A DNA stretch of 64,000 nucleotides from the NCBI GenBank assembly GCA_036918135.1, contig JBALDB010000056.1:96001-160000 (forward strand), read 5' to 3'. The stretch is from Nostoc sp. Lineage in GTDB: Bacteria; Cyanobacteriota; Cyanobacteriia; Cyanobacteriales; Nostocaceae. The notes under the pieces are model-generated. The model was not told the origin of the DNA and did not search any database. It worked only from the letters and a program-made list of their open reading frames with translations. The first letter of the stretch is position 1, and every line of letters begins with the position of its first letter. A program made the translations under genes and the position numbers. Positions 1-7,476 of this stretch are shown piece after piece.

Positions 1-271
1 GTTTAGAAGATAGAATATTAACAAAATCGTTTGCTTCTAAAACCTCTAGCAGACCTTCAATATCTGGTAATTCATTATACTTTTTTTGGTAAAGTGATTG
101 TGCTTGTCCAATAGTTTTCCCAGCAGCTAAATAGTCCAGTAACTCTATTGCATCAGAGGGTAATGCTAGAAAAATATTAGTATCTACTCTACCAATGATG
201 AATTCATCTCCTTCAGATTGGCGAGTAAATGGATAAATAGAAACTAGAGCATCGGCAGGATATCTTGTCAC
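1..271 (-). CDS. Partial gene (runs off the left edge) with an N-terminal RRE/PqqD-like domain; probable RiPP maturation protein, possibly an RRE-fused M50 membrane peptidase
   Basis: Manual translation from GTG at 271 (AAGGA RBS upstream), open to the edge: MTRYPADALVSIYPFTRQSEGDEFIIGRVDTNIFLALPSDAIELLDYLAAGKTIGQAQSLYQKKYNELPDIEGLLEVLEANDFVNILSSK. Short beta-strands followed by helices ending L..L...FV fit the PqqD/RRE pattern. Not in the ORF track. Confidence 0.65.
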   Translation of the reverse strand, partial: MTRYPADALVSIYPFTRQSEGDEFIIGRVDTNIFLALPSDAIELLDYLAAGKTIGQAQSLYQKKYNELPDIEGLLEVLEANDFVNILSSK

Positions 272-415
272 GTCAAGTTTCCTTGCTAATATAGTGTTGT
301 AATAATTTTAAATTGAAGAGTTAAAACTCAGGAGTTAGAATCAATATACTTCTTCCAAAACTTCTAATTTTAAACTCTTTCTCGGTGGCTGGGCGTGAAA
401 TAAAAAATCTTTATT

Positions 416-447
416 AATTAGTGGGGGTTTATAACCCACCACTAATT
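416..447. terminator. Inverted repeat/hairpin between the peptide array and the downstream gene
   Basis: aattagtgg-gggtt-tat-aaccc-a-ccactaatt. Confidence 0.4.
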
Positions 448-524
448 TCAGGAAAAGTATGTAGCTAGCTCACTGAACTACTTAAATATAAAACTGAAAT
501 TAAATAGTTCATTGATTTTTTTGC

Positions 525-647
525 TTACCAGCAATTACTACATATCCAGCAGACATAAGCCGCTGCTCTGGTTGTTCTGAGTGTTTCCACTTCACGAATC
601 ACAAATTTCTTCATTGTCTTGGATTGAATAGCTTCTACAGTTTTCAT
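525..647 (-). CDS. Putative RiPP precursor peptide, copy 4 (40 aa)
   Basis: MKTVEAIQSKTMKKFVIREVETLRTTRAAAYVCWICSNCW*; ATG at 645-647, TAA at 525-527. Confidence 0.85.
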   Translation of the reverse strand: MKTVEAIQSKTMKKFVIREVETLRTTRAAAYVCWICSNCW

Positions 648-759
648 TGTTTTTTCTTTCGTTTAATGTTTGTTTGGGGCAATATCTGCTACCCTTATGT
701 TTATGAATATAGAGAACAATCGGGTAAAACTAGGGAAGTAATTGAATGAATTTCAGAAG

Positions 760-882
760 TTACCAGCAATTACTGCATATCCAACAAACATAAGCCGCTG
801 CTCTGGTTGTTCTAAGTGTTTCCACTTCACGAATCACAAATTTCTTCATTGTCTTAGGTTGAATAGTTTCTACAGTTTTCAT
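760..882 (-). CDS. Putative RiPP precursor peptide, copy 3 (40 aa)
   Basis: MKTVETIQPKTMKKFVIREVETLRTTRAAAYVCWICSNCW*; AAGGA RBS upstream. Confidence 0.85.
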   Translation of the reverse strand: MKTVETIQPKTMKKFVIREVETLRTTRAAAYVCWICSNCW

Positions 883-995
883 TGTTTTGTCCTTGTTTTG
901 AGGTTTGTTTTGGGCAATGTTTTCTGCCCTTGTATTTATGAATATAGAGAGCGATCGGGTAAAATTAGGGGAGCCGATTGAATGAATTTCAGAAG

Positions 996-1118
996 TTACC
1001 AGCAGTTACTGCATATCCAACAAACATAAGCCGCTGATCTGGTTGTTCTGAGTGTTTCCACTTCACGAATCACAAACTTCTTCATTGTCTTAGGTTGAAT
1101 AGCTTCTACAGTTTTCAT
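996..1118 (-). CDS. Putative RiPP precursor peptide, copy 2 (40 aa)
   Basis: MKTVEAIQPKTMKKFVIREVETLRTTRSAAYVCWICSNCW*; AAGGAG RBS upstream. Confidence 0.85.
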   Translation of the reverse strand: MKTVEAIQPKTMKKFVIREVETLRTTRSAAYVCWICSNCW

Positions 1119-1231
1119 TGTTTTCTCCTTGTTTTAATGTTTGTTGTGGGCAATCTTCTCTGCCCTTGTGTTTATGAATATAGAGAACAATCGGGTAAAA
1201 TTAGGGGAGCTGATTGAATTAATTTCAGAAG

Positions 1232-1354
1232 TTACCAGCAATTACTACATATCCAGCAGACATAAGCCGCTGCTCTGGTTGTTCTGAGTGTTTCCACTTC
1301 ACGAATCACAAATTTCTTCATTGTCTTGGGTTGAATAGCTTCTACAGTTTTCAT
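1232..1354 (-). CDS. Putative RiPP precursor peptide, copy 1 (40 aa)
   Basis: MKTVEAIQPKTMKKFVIREVETLRTTRAAAYVCWICSNCW*; AAGGA RBS upstream. Confidence 0.85.
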   Translation of the reverse strand: MKTVEAIQPKTMKKFVIREVETLRTTRAAAYVCWICSNCW

Positions 1355-1383
1355 AGTTTTTTCCTTGTTTTGATGTTTGTTTG

Positions 1384-1435
1384 GGGCAATGTTCTCTGCC
1401 CTTGTATTTATAAATATAGAGAGCGATCGGGTAAA
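1384..1435 (-). promoter_or_regulatory. Putative sigma70-like promoter plus 5' hairpin of precursor copy 1, repeated upstream of every copy
   Basis: Minus strand TTTACC-N17-TATAAA, followed by the hairpin GGGCA-GAGAACAT-TGCCC; the other copies have TTTACC-N17-CATAAA. Confidence 0.45.
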
Positions 1436-1697
1436 ACTCAGGGAGTCGATTGAATTAATTTGAGAAATTTTCAGCAGTGCTTTAATGGATTTAAAAGGAC
1501 TTTAATTATGATGTCCGGCAAATCATCTGTAATGACAGTTATTTGAGCAAAAATGAGATCGCAGTTTATAGAAATACCTTGGTAGAGGCGCATAGCTGTG
1601 CGCGCCTACGAAAAATCTATACGTGCGAAGATTTTCGTGAAATGGTATGAGGCATTAGACATTGAAAGACCAATGACAAATGAAAATTGTTATAAAA

Positions 1698-3683
1698 TTA
1701 CATCCACCCGCCAATTTCGGCGTCGGTCAAAGGCTTCTCTAATTTGGTATATTCTGTCTGAGCAGCCCGCAATACGTGTTTCATCTGCACTGGTTCATCG
1801 GCATCAGCAGCTAGAAAAGCTGCATTTAAGGCTATATTACGGATATTACCGCCAGCCACATTTAGCCGCGCCAGTTTCAGGGCATCTAAGTCTGCGGTTG
1901 GTGTGTTAGCTGGAAAGACGCGTCGCCAAATCTCGGATCGTTGTGCTGTATCGGGAAAGGGGAACTGCACCACGAAACGAATACGTCGTAGGAAGGCTGT
2001 ATCAATTGCACTCTTTAAGTTAGTAGTCAGAACTGCTAAACCTGGGTAGCTTTCCATTCGTTGCAATAAGTAGCTGACTTCAATATTGGCATAGCGATCG
2101 CGTGCATCTTTGACTTCACTACGTTTACCAAACAAAGCGTCAGCTTCATCAAACAACAAAATCACTCCGCCTTGTTCGGCGGCATCAAACACCCGCCGCA
2201 GATTCTTTTCTGTCTCCCCAATATACTTACTGACTACCGATGACAAGTCAATGCGATACAGATCCAGGCGCAATCTATGTGCCAGTACTTCTGCGCCCAA
2301 GGTTTTACCTGTGCCGCTACCACCTGCAAATAAGGCACTGATTCCCAATCCTCGCCCACCTTTGCCAGCAAAACCCCAACTGTTATATACAGTACTGCGC
2401 TGCCGCACGTGCGCCGCAATTTCATGCAGAATTTGTTTTTGTGGTTCTGGTAATATCAAGTCGTCCCAATCACCAGAAGGCTCAATTCGTTGCGCGAGTT
2501 CATCCAAGCGCGGACGTGCTTGCACGCGACAGGCATCCCATAAAATCTCAGTGATATCGTTTTCTGGTGTTTGTGCTAGTTGTCCTGCGGCTTCTGCACA
2601 AGCAGCGCGAATAGTTGCGGCACTCAAGTTAAACTGCTCTATCAAGGTTTTGACTTGCCCGTTCATTTGCGGTGCGATCGCCGTTAGTGCATCTTGCCAA
2701 ACTACACCTTGTTCTTTGATTGTTGGTTGATGTACGTCAAAACTAACTACCAGGCGTTGTGGTAGGCGCATTCGTTCCCGGCTGGTGATAATTAAAAAGC
2801 CGTTGAGGCGTTCGATGAAATGAGCGATCGCATTCAGCCGCGCTGTATCATTGCTATCTAGTTCGTTGCAATCTAAGAGTAAGGCACACCTACTTAAAAT
2901 TGTCTCACGAGTCCATAACCGCATGAGATTATCCAACTCGCTCGGTGCTTGGGGAATAACTTGTGCAGGCATTACCCACAAACTCAAACCCCCCAGTTGA
3001 CAAATTCTGGCGGCAATGGCGCGTTTACTAATAGTTTCTATACCACATAACTGTACAATTGGCAAGCTATTTATCTTCTGAGCTTGCGACCACACAGCAG
3101 CGACTCGCTCTGCTAGTTCTTGGTGGGACGGTACTAACTCGCTAACTTCTTGTAATGGTTCAATGATGCCAGCTAAGCGATCGTCAAGATATTGAATACC
3201 TGTGAGATAATGCAAAATCCGCTCGTCAATTCTCAAGGGACTCAGGGTTAGCGCATGAGCATCACCAATTTGAATTAACCGCCAATGACGTAAAGGAGCA
3301 TTGGGGGCGATCGCATCCCAGTGGACGTGAGGTAAAGTTGCTAAAGCTAAACTTAACGTTGGGTAAGCTCGCTGTGGATCGCCGTGGATATTAGCACATA
3401 ATTTGGCAAAATCTCCATTTAATTCCATACCTGCACACACCAGCAACAAATCACTCTCAAAGGATGAAAGCCTAAACATTTTGCAGACTCTATCCAATGC
3501 CGATGGTGCAGGCATCGCAGCAGCAGCTTCTTGGAGGGCTTGCTGTAAATTTTCGTGGTTTTTTGCCTCAGATTGATTTTGCAAACTGACAGTATGATTT
3601 TCTAAAATTCCACGCACTACGGCTAGGGCTGCTGATAAGTAGTGGTAGTTTGCCCGATCCCAATCGATGGTTGTAGCATTCAT
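1698..3683 (-). CDS. AAA+ ATPase, eCIS-associated Afp15/Pvc15-like
   Basis: Walker A GGSGTGKT, Walker B LLFDEAD, VVSKYIGETEKNL, DRYANIEVSYLLQRME; N-terminal winged-helix-like region typical of this family. Confidence 0.85.
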   Translation of the reverse strand: MNATTIDWDRANYHYLSAALAVVRGILENHTVSLQNQSEAKNHENLQQALQEAAAAMPAPSALDRVCKMFRLSSFESDLLLVCAGMELNGDFAKLCANIHGDPQRAYPTLSLALATLPHVHWDAIAPNAPLRHWRLIQIGDAHALTLSPLRIDERILHYLTGIQYLDDRLAGIIEPLQEVSELVPSHQELAERVAAVWSQAQKINSLPIVQLCGIETISKRAIAARICQLGGLSLWVMPAQVIPQAPSELDNLMRLWTRETILSRCALLLDCNELDSNDTARLNAIAHFIERLNGFLIITSRERMRLPQRLVVSFDVHQPTIKEQGVVWQDALTAIAPQMNGQVKTLIEQFNLSAATIRAACAEAAGQLAQTPENDITEILWDACRVQARPRLDELAQRIEPSGDWDDLILPEPQKQILHEIAAHVRQRSTVYNSWGFAGKGGRGLGISALFAGGSGTGKTLGAEVLAHRLRLDLYRIDLSSVVSKYIGETEKNLRRVFDAAEQGGVILLFDEADALFGKRSEVKDARDRYANIEVSYLLQRMESYPGLAVLTTNLKSAIDTAFLRRIRFVVQFPFPDTAQRSEIWRRVFPANTPTADLDALKLARLNVAGGNIRNIALNAAFLAADADEPVQMKHVLRAAQTEYTKLEKPLTDAEIGGWM

Positions 3684-4960
3684 GAAATTGTCACCTGTGG
3701 CGAATCATATTCTCCCGACTGATTTTTGTACAATGGACTTTCTGCGCCGTCTACCCGCACGCGCACCATATAAGTTCCTGGCTTAACATTTTTAATCGGA
3801 ATCGTAATTGCATCAGTATCTTCAGTGCGTGGTTCAACTAACAAAGAGTAAGCTACCAGACTTGGGGCTGAGACATCGCTAAGCAGCAAAACTACACGCT
3901 GTCCTTTGCCGACTTGGGGATGGAATTTGACGGTGATTTCTGCTGAGCGTAAATCTTTACCACTATTTTCTACCTGACCAACAAATGCCGTAATTTTTGG
4001 GTGTAGGACAAAAGTTGCAACATTTGATTCAACTATCCGATCCGTTTGTCCTGGGTTGCCTATTGTCAAATGTACCACTTGGATACTCTGCACGCTGGGG
4101 TACAAATCTGCTGGGACTAATAAGCTAATTTGCGTTTCTTTCACATCTTGAGGAACTAGTAACGTCTCTGTGTTACCCAATCTAATTCTAGTGATATCAC
4201 CGCGTAACCGCTTCCCACGAATGATTAATGTTGCGCCGCCAACAATCATTTGCTCATATTCAGTTTTTGCCAAAGCTATCACTTGTTCAATATTTGGTTG
4301 AGACAAGGGCATCATGTAGAAGCCTTCAAGGTCATCAGATTTACTACTCTCAATCAATACCATTGATGCCAGGTAGGTAGCTGAAGGTCGATAGTGCGTC
4401 TGTAAAGCAGACCATAATCTAGAAGTTTCTTCCATGTTAAAAAACTCTGGGGTGAGTTTGATTTGCCCAATTGCTTGTGCTAAATCAGATACAGACACCC
4501 CAGCCACAGCTTGGGAAAAAGCACTTGAGGTATTGGTTGTAGATGCATTAATTAAAGTATTCTCAATAATATCTGCTGTAATCAATGGAGTTTTATGTAA
4601 TAAATGCATTGCGTAGCCTAGTAGCAGCTCTGTCTGAAAATCCTTGGCTCCGTAGGCTGTTAATAAATAATGGAGGTCGAGAGCAAGTGGTGGAGTCGTA
4701 GAGGGTGAATTTCCACTTAGACGTGAGTGCCTGCTGCGAAATTCCTGAGATACCCAATCGACATTGCGATTCTGCGTCACTTGATAGAGAAAGAGGTTGA
4801 GTTGAGCGCGCTCATCAGCTTCAACTGAAATTCGATCGGGCGGTAGGGCAGTTACAATCACATCACCAACACTAGCAGCGATCGGATCGCTGACTAAACC
4901 GTTTTCTAGCAAAACTTTTAGTACTGCTGTCACGGCGGCTATAGAGAGTACGTTACTCAT
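3680..4960 (-). CDS. DUF4255 (Pvc16/Afp16 N-terminal-like) domain protein with C-terminal Ig/IPT-like domains
   Basis: MSNVLSIAAVTAVL, LNLFLYQV, PPLALDLHYLLTAYG, LWSALQTHYRPSATY motifs; overlaps the ATPase start (ATGA). Confidence 0.8.
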   Translation of the reverse strand: MSNVLSIAAVTAVLKVLLENGLVSDPIAASVGDVIVTALPPDRISVEADERAQLNLFLYQVTQNRNVDWVSQEFRSRHSRLSGNSPSTTPPLALDLHYLLTAYGAKDFQTELLLGYAMHLLHKTPLITADIIENTLINASTTNTSSAFSQAVAGVSVSDLAQAIGQIKLTPEFFNMEETSRLWSALQTHYRPSATYLASMVLIESSKSDDLEGFYMMPLSQPNIEQVIALAKTEYEQMIVGGATLIIRGKRLRGDITRIRLGNTETLLVPQDVKETQISLLVPADLYPSVQSIQVVHLTIGNPGQTDRIVESNVATFVLHPKITAFVGQVENSGKDLRSAEITVKFHPQVGKGQRVVLLLSDVSAPSLVAYSLLVEPRTEDTDAITIPIKNVKPGTYMVRVRVDGAESPLYKNQSGEYDSPQVTIS

Positions 4961-5489
4961 CCTCGTTCCTCATGGCAATAGCACATATTAATCATGTACG
5001 CTAGGACACATTCACAGAATATATTTTGCAAAACTTTAAATATTCTGTAGGGCAGACTAGCTGCTTGGCATACAAAACGTACTAGTGAGTGGGTATATCA
5101 AATGCTTAGTTGCTTGATATTTGCCTAATTTATCAGTACTCAATCCTAATCTCTAATTTTTAATTGCCAATTTCCAGTTTCTAGCTCAATACTTATCAGG
5201 AACTAATTTCAACCATCATAGGTCTTAATTTTAAGCATTTTATCAAATTATTAGCATTACTTTAAGTTGCTAATATGCTAAGCTGAGTGTAACTAGATAA
5301 GTATAAGTAATATAAATTACTAAGACTTTACATAATAAACAATCAAACAAACAAAAAATTTGTAATACTGTAAGAAATTAGGAGCCAAGCCAAAAAGACC
5401 TTGGTTTTGACTTCTGAATTATTACGTAACACTAGTACTATCTCTGATTAAACTTAACACTTTAAAATAACTAGGATGGGTTCCCCCAG

Positions 5490-7409
5490 ATGAAATCCCC
5501 ACCTTCTTCAGATTCTTGGAATGGCCGCTTCGTCGGTGATAACCAGCGGTATCGTTTAGACCGACGGTTAGGCAAAGGTGGCATGGGAGAAGTTTTCCTG
5601 GCAATGGACACGCGTGTAGGTCAGCAGGTAGCCTTGAAGTTGCTCAAAGATACGCTGGTGGCTTCGCAAGAAATGAGAAAGCGCTTTGAGCGTGAGGTAG
5701 CAGTTTGTGCTGCCTTGCAAAGCGACCACATCGTGAAAATTAGTGATTGTGGAGTCACTCCAGAAGGCTTTCCATTTTATGTAATGGAATATTTACGGGG
5801 ACAAACCCTCAGACAATTATTGCTGCGTGAAAAGCGGCTGTCTGTGGAGCGGACTGTAAAAATTATGGCGCAAGTTTGCAAGGGTCTAGAGCTTGCCCAT
5901 CAAGGAGTGACTCTGCAACGCGATGGAGGAAAAACCACTGAGCATATTCAGGTAATTCACCGCGACCTGAAACCAGATAATATATTTTTAGTGCCTACAG
6001 ATTTGGGAGAATGGGTAAAGGTTTTAGATTTTGGTGTTGCCAAAATCCGTAGTGAATCTTCGGAAAATACCAACATTACAAATATTACGAGTACATTCAT
6101 TGGTACATTTCGTTACGCGCCTCCCGAACAAATCCAAAGTGATAAAAACCTGGATGCTAGGGGTGATATTTACAGCTTAGGGATTATCCTTTATGAAATG
6201 TTGAGTGCAGCCGATCCATTTGGGATTAGCATTAAGGGTAATCAGATCAGTGAAGCTTCCTGGGTATTAGCTCATGCGTATGAGCCACCAAAACCACTGC
6301 AGGAGCAACCAGGGTGTGAGAATTTACCCGAACAATTGGAAGCCGTGGTGATGAAATGCCTCCACAAGAACCCGGCTAACCGATTTACTACGGTAGAAGA
6401 ACTCGATCGCGCTTTGCAAGCTGCCGCCAAATTTGTCACGGGCACTAATAGTGTACCCAGACAGGCTAGTGTGCAGCCACAACCTTTCTCCAATCAAGGT
6501 TCAAATCACGAAACCGTTCCCAGACAATCAAACGACGATACGATTCTTCGTCCTCCAGCTGCCTATAATCAAAGTTCAAATCACGAAACCGTTTCCAGAC
6601 AATCGAGCGACGATACCATTCTTCGCCCTCCAGCTGCCTACAATCAAAGTTCAAATCACGAAACCGTTCCCAGACAATCGAGCGACGACACGATTCTTCG
6701 TCCTCCAGATGGCTATAATCAGGGTTCAAATCACGAAACCGTTCCTAGACCATTTAACCCGATTGAACAAAGCCAACCTCAAGTAACTATTCCTCCGCTT
6801 TCATCTGGGTACAATCAAGGTTCAAATCACGAAACTGTTCCTAGACCATTTAATCCAGTCGAGCAAAATCAACCTGAGACTAACAATCCTCAACAGAGTC
6901 CTGTGAATAATCCTAACCCTAGCAAACCGGATGCGACTTTGTTTCAACCGCGATCGACATCTAATCCAGGTATACCGCAAGTACCAACAGATAAAACTTT
7001 GTATCAGCCACGACCTGCATCCAATCAAGGCGGAGTACAAGTACCATCAGATAAGACACTGTACCAGCCGCGACGCACACCCAATCAAGGTACACCGCAA
7101 GTACCAACAGATAAGACACTCTATCAGCCGCGACCTATATCCAATCAAGGCAGGCCAGAAGCATCACTAGATAAGACGTTGTACCAACCGCGACCTGCAT
7201 CTCATCAAAGCACAGCACAAGTGCGAACTGATGACACTATATACCAACCAAGGTTAAATGAGCAGTCATCTACGGGAACTACTCCCAATTTCTTGCGAAT
7301 CTTGGGAGTCATCTTAGCAATTGGACTGACTTTAGCAGTAGTAACGTTTATATATACTCAATGGCAATCTTCTAAAAAGTCAAGCAGCGAGCAAAGTTTG
7401 CTTAATTAA
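5490..7409 (+). CDS. Hanks-type Ser/Thr protein kinase with a repeat-rich linker and a C-terminal TM helix
   Basis: GKGGMGEV, VALK, HRDLKPDN, DFG, APPE; hydrophobic ILGVILAIGLTLAVVTFIY near the C-terminus. Confidence 0.95.
   Translation: MKSPPSSDSWNGRFVGDNQRYRLDRRLGKGGMGEVFLAMDTRVGQQVALKLLKDTLVASQEMRKRFEREVAVCAALQSDHIVKISDCGVTPEGFPFYVMEYLRGQTLRQLLLREKRLSVERTVKIMAQVCKGLELAHQGVTLQRDGGKTTEHIQVIHRDLKPDNIFLVPTDLGEWVKVLDFGVAKIRSESSENTNITNITSTFIGTFRYAPPEQIQSDKNLDARGDIYSLGIILYEMLSAADPFGISIKGNQISEASWVLAHAYEPPKPLQEQPGCENLPEQLEAVVMKCLHKNPANRFTTVEELDRALQAAAKFVTGTNSVPRQASVQPQPFSNQGSNHETVPRQSNDDTILRPPAAYNQSSNHETVSRQSSDDTILRPPAAYNQSSNHETVPRQSSDDTILRPPDGYNQGSNHETVPRPFNPIEQSQPQVTIPPLSSGYNQGSNHETVPRPFNPVEQNQPETNNPQQSPVNNPNPSKPDATLFQPRSTSNPGIPQVPTDKTLYQPRPASNQGGVQVPSDKTLYQPRRTPNQGTPQVPTDKTLYQPRPISNQGRPEASLDKTLYQPRPASHQSTAQVRTDDTIYQPRLNEQSSTGTTPNFLRILGVILAIGLTLAVVTFIYTQWQSSKKSSSEQSLLN
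6492..6860 (+). repeat. Intragenic 75-bp (25-aa) tandem repeats NQxSNHETVPRQSxDDTILRPP
   Basis: Units start at 6492, 6567, 6642 and 6717, with a further partial unit at 6813. Confidence 0.9.
6930..7253 (+). repeat. Intragenic 60-bp (20-aa) tandem repeats DKTLYQPR...
   Basis: Six D-x-T-(L/I)-(Y/F)-QPR motifs at a 60-nt period. Confidence 0.9.
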
Positions 7410-7432
7410 TACTTGTTGATGTAGTCAATCAC

Positions 7433-7459
7433 TAAAGGTGCGTTATTAACGCACCTTTA
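7433..7459. terminator. Hairpin between convergent genes, likely a bidirectional terminator
   Basis: taaaggtgcgtt-att-aacgcaccttta. Confidence 0.65.
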
Positions 7460-7476
7460 CTAATTAGATTTGAGCG

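Larger units (their letters stand above)
525..1465. repeat. Four tandem ~235-236 bp direct repeats (peptide gene plus its upstream region)
   Basis: Stop codons recur at 525, 760, 996 and 1232; upstream blocks (gggcaat..tgccc, atcgggtaaaa, gattgaat) recur in each unit. Confidence 0.95.

Noticed and set aside
742..981. 79-aa Cys-rich plus-strand ORF from the track
   Set aside because: Antisense shadow of precursor copy 3; the equivalent frame is broken by stops in other repeat units (e.g. TGA near 1035).
525..1354. Assignment as a methanobactin (MbnA) precursor
   Set aside because: RAAA followed by a Cys-rich core is only superficially similar; the leader differs and no mbnB/mbnC is visible in the window.
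525..1465. CRISPR array or non-coding tandem repeat
   Set aside because: Units are ~236 bp with no unique spacers and no cas genes; the variation pattern preserves a minus-strand peptide ORF.
525..4960. Peptides as cargo of the neighbouring eCIS ATPase
   Set aside because: Only co-orientation supports it; the peptides have their own promoter-like elements, a palindrome at ~1582-1609 separates the blocks, and the downstream RRE-like gene explains them better.
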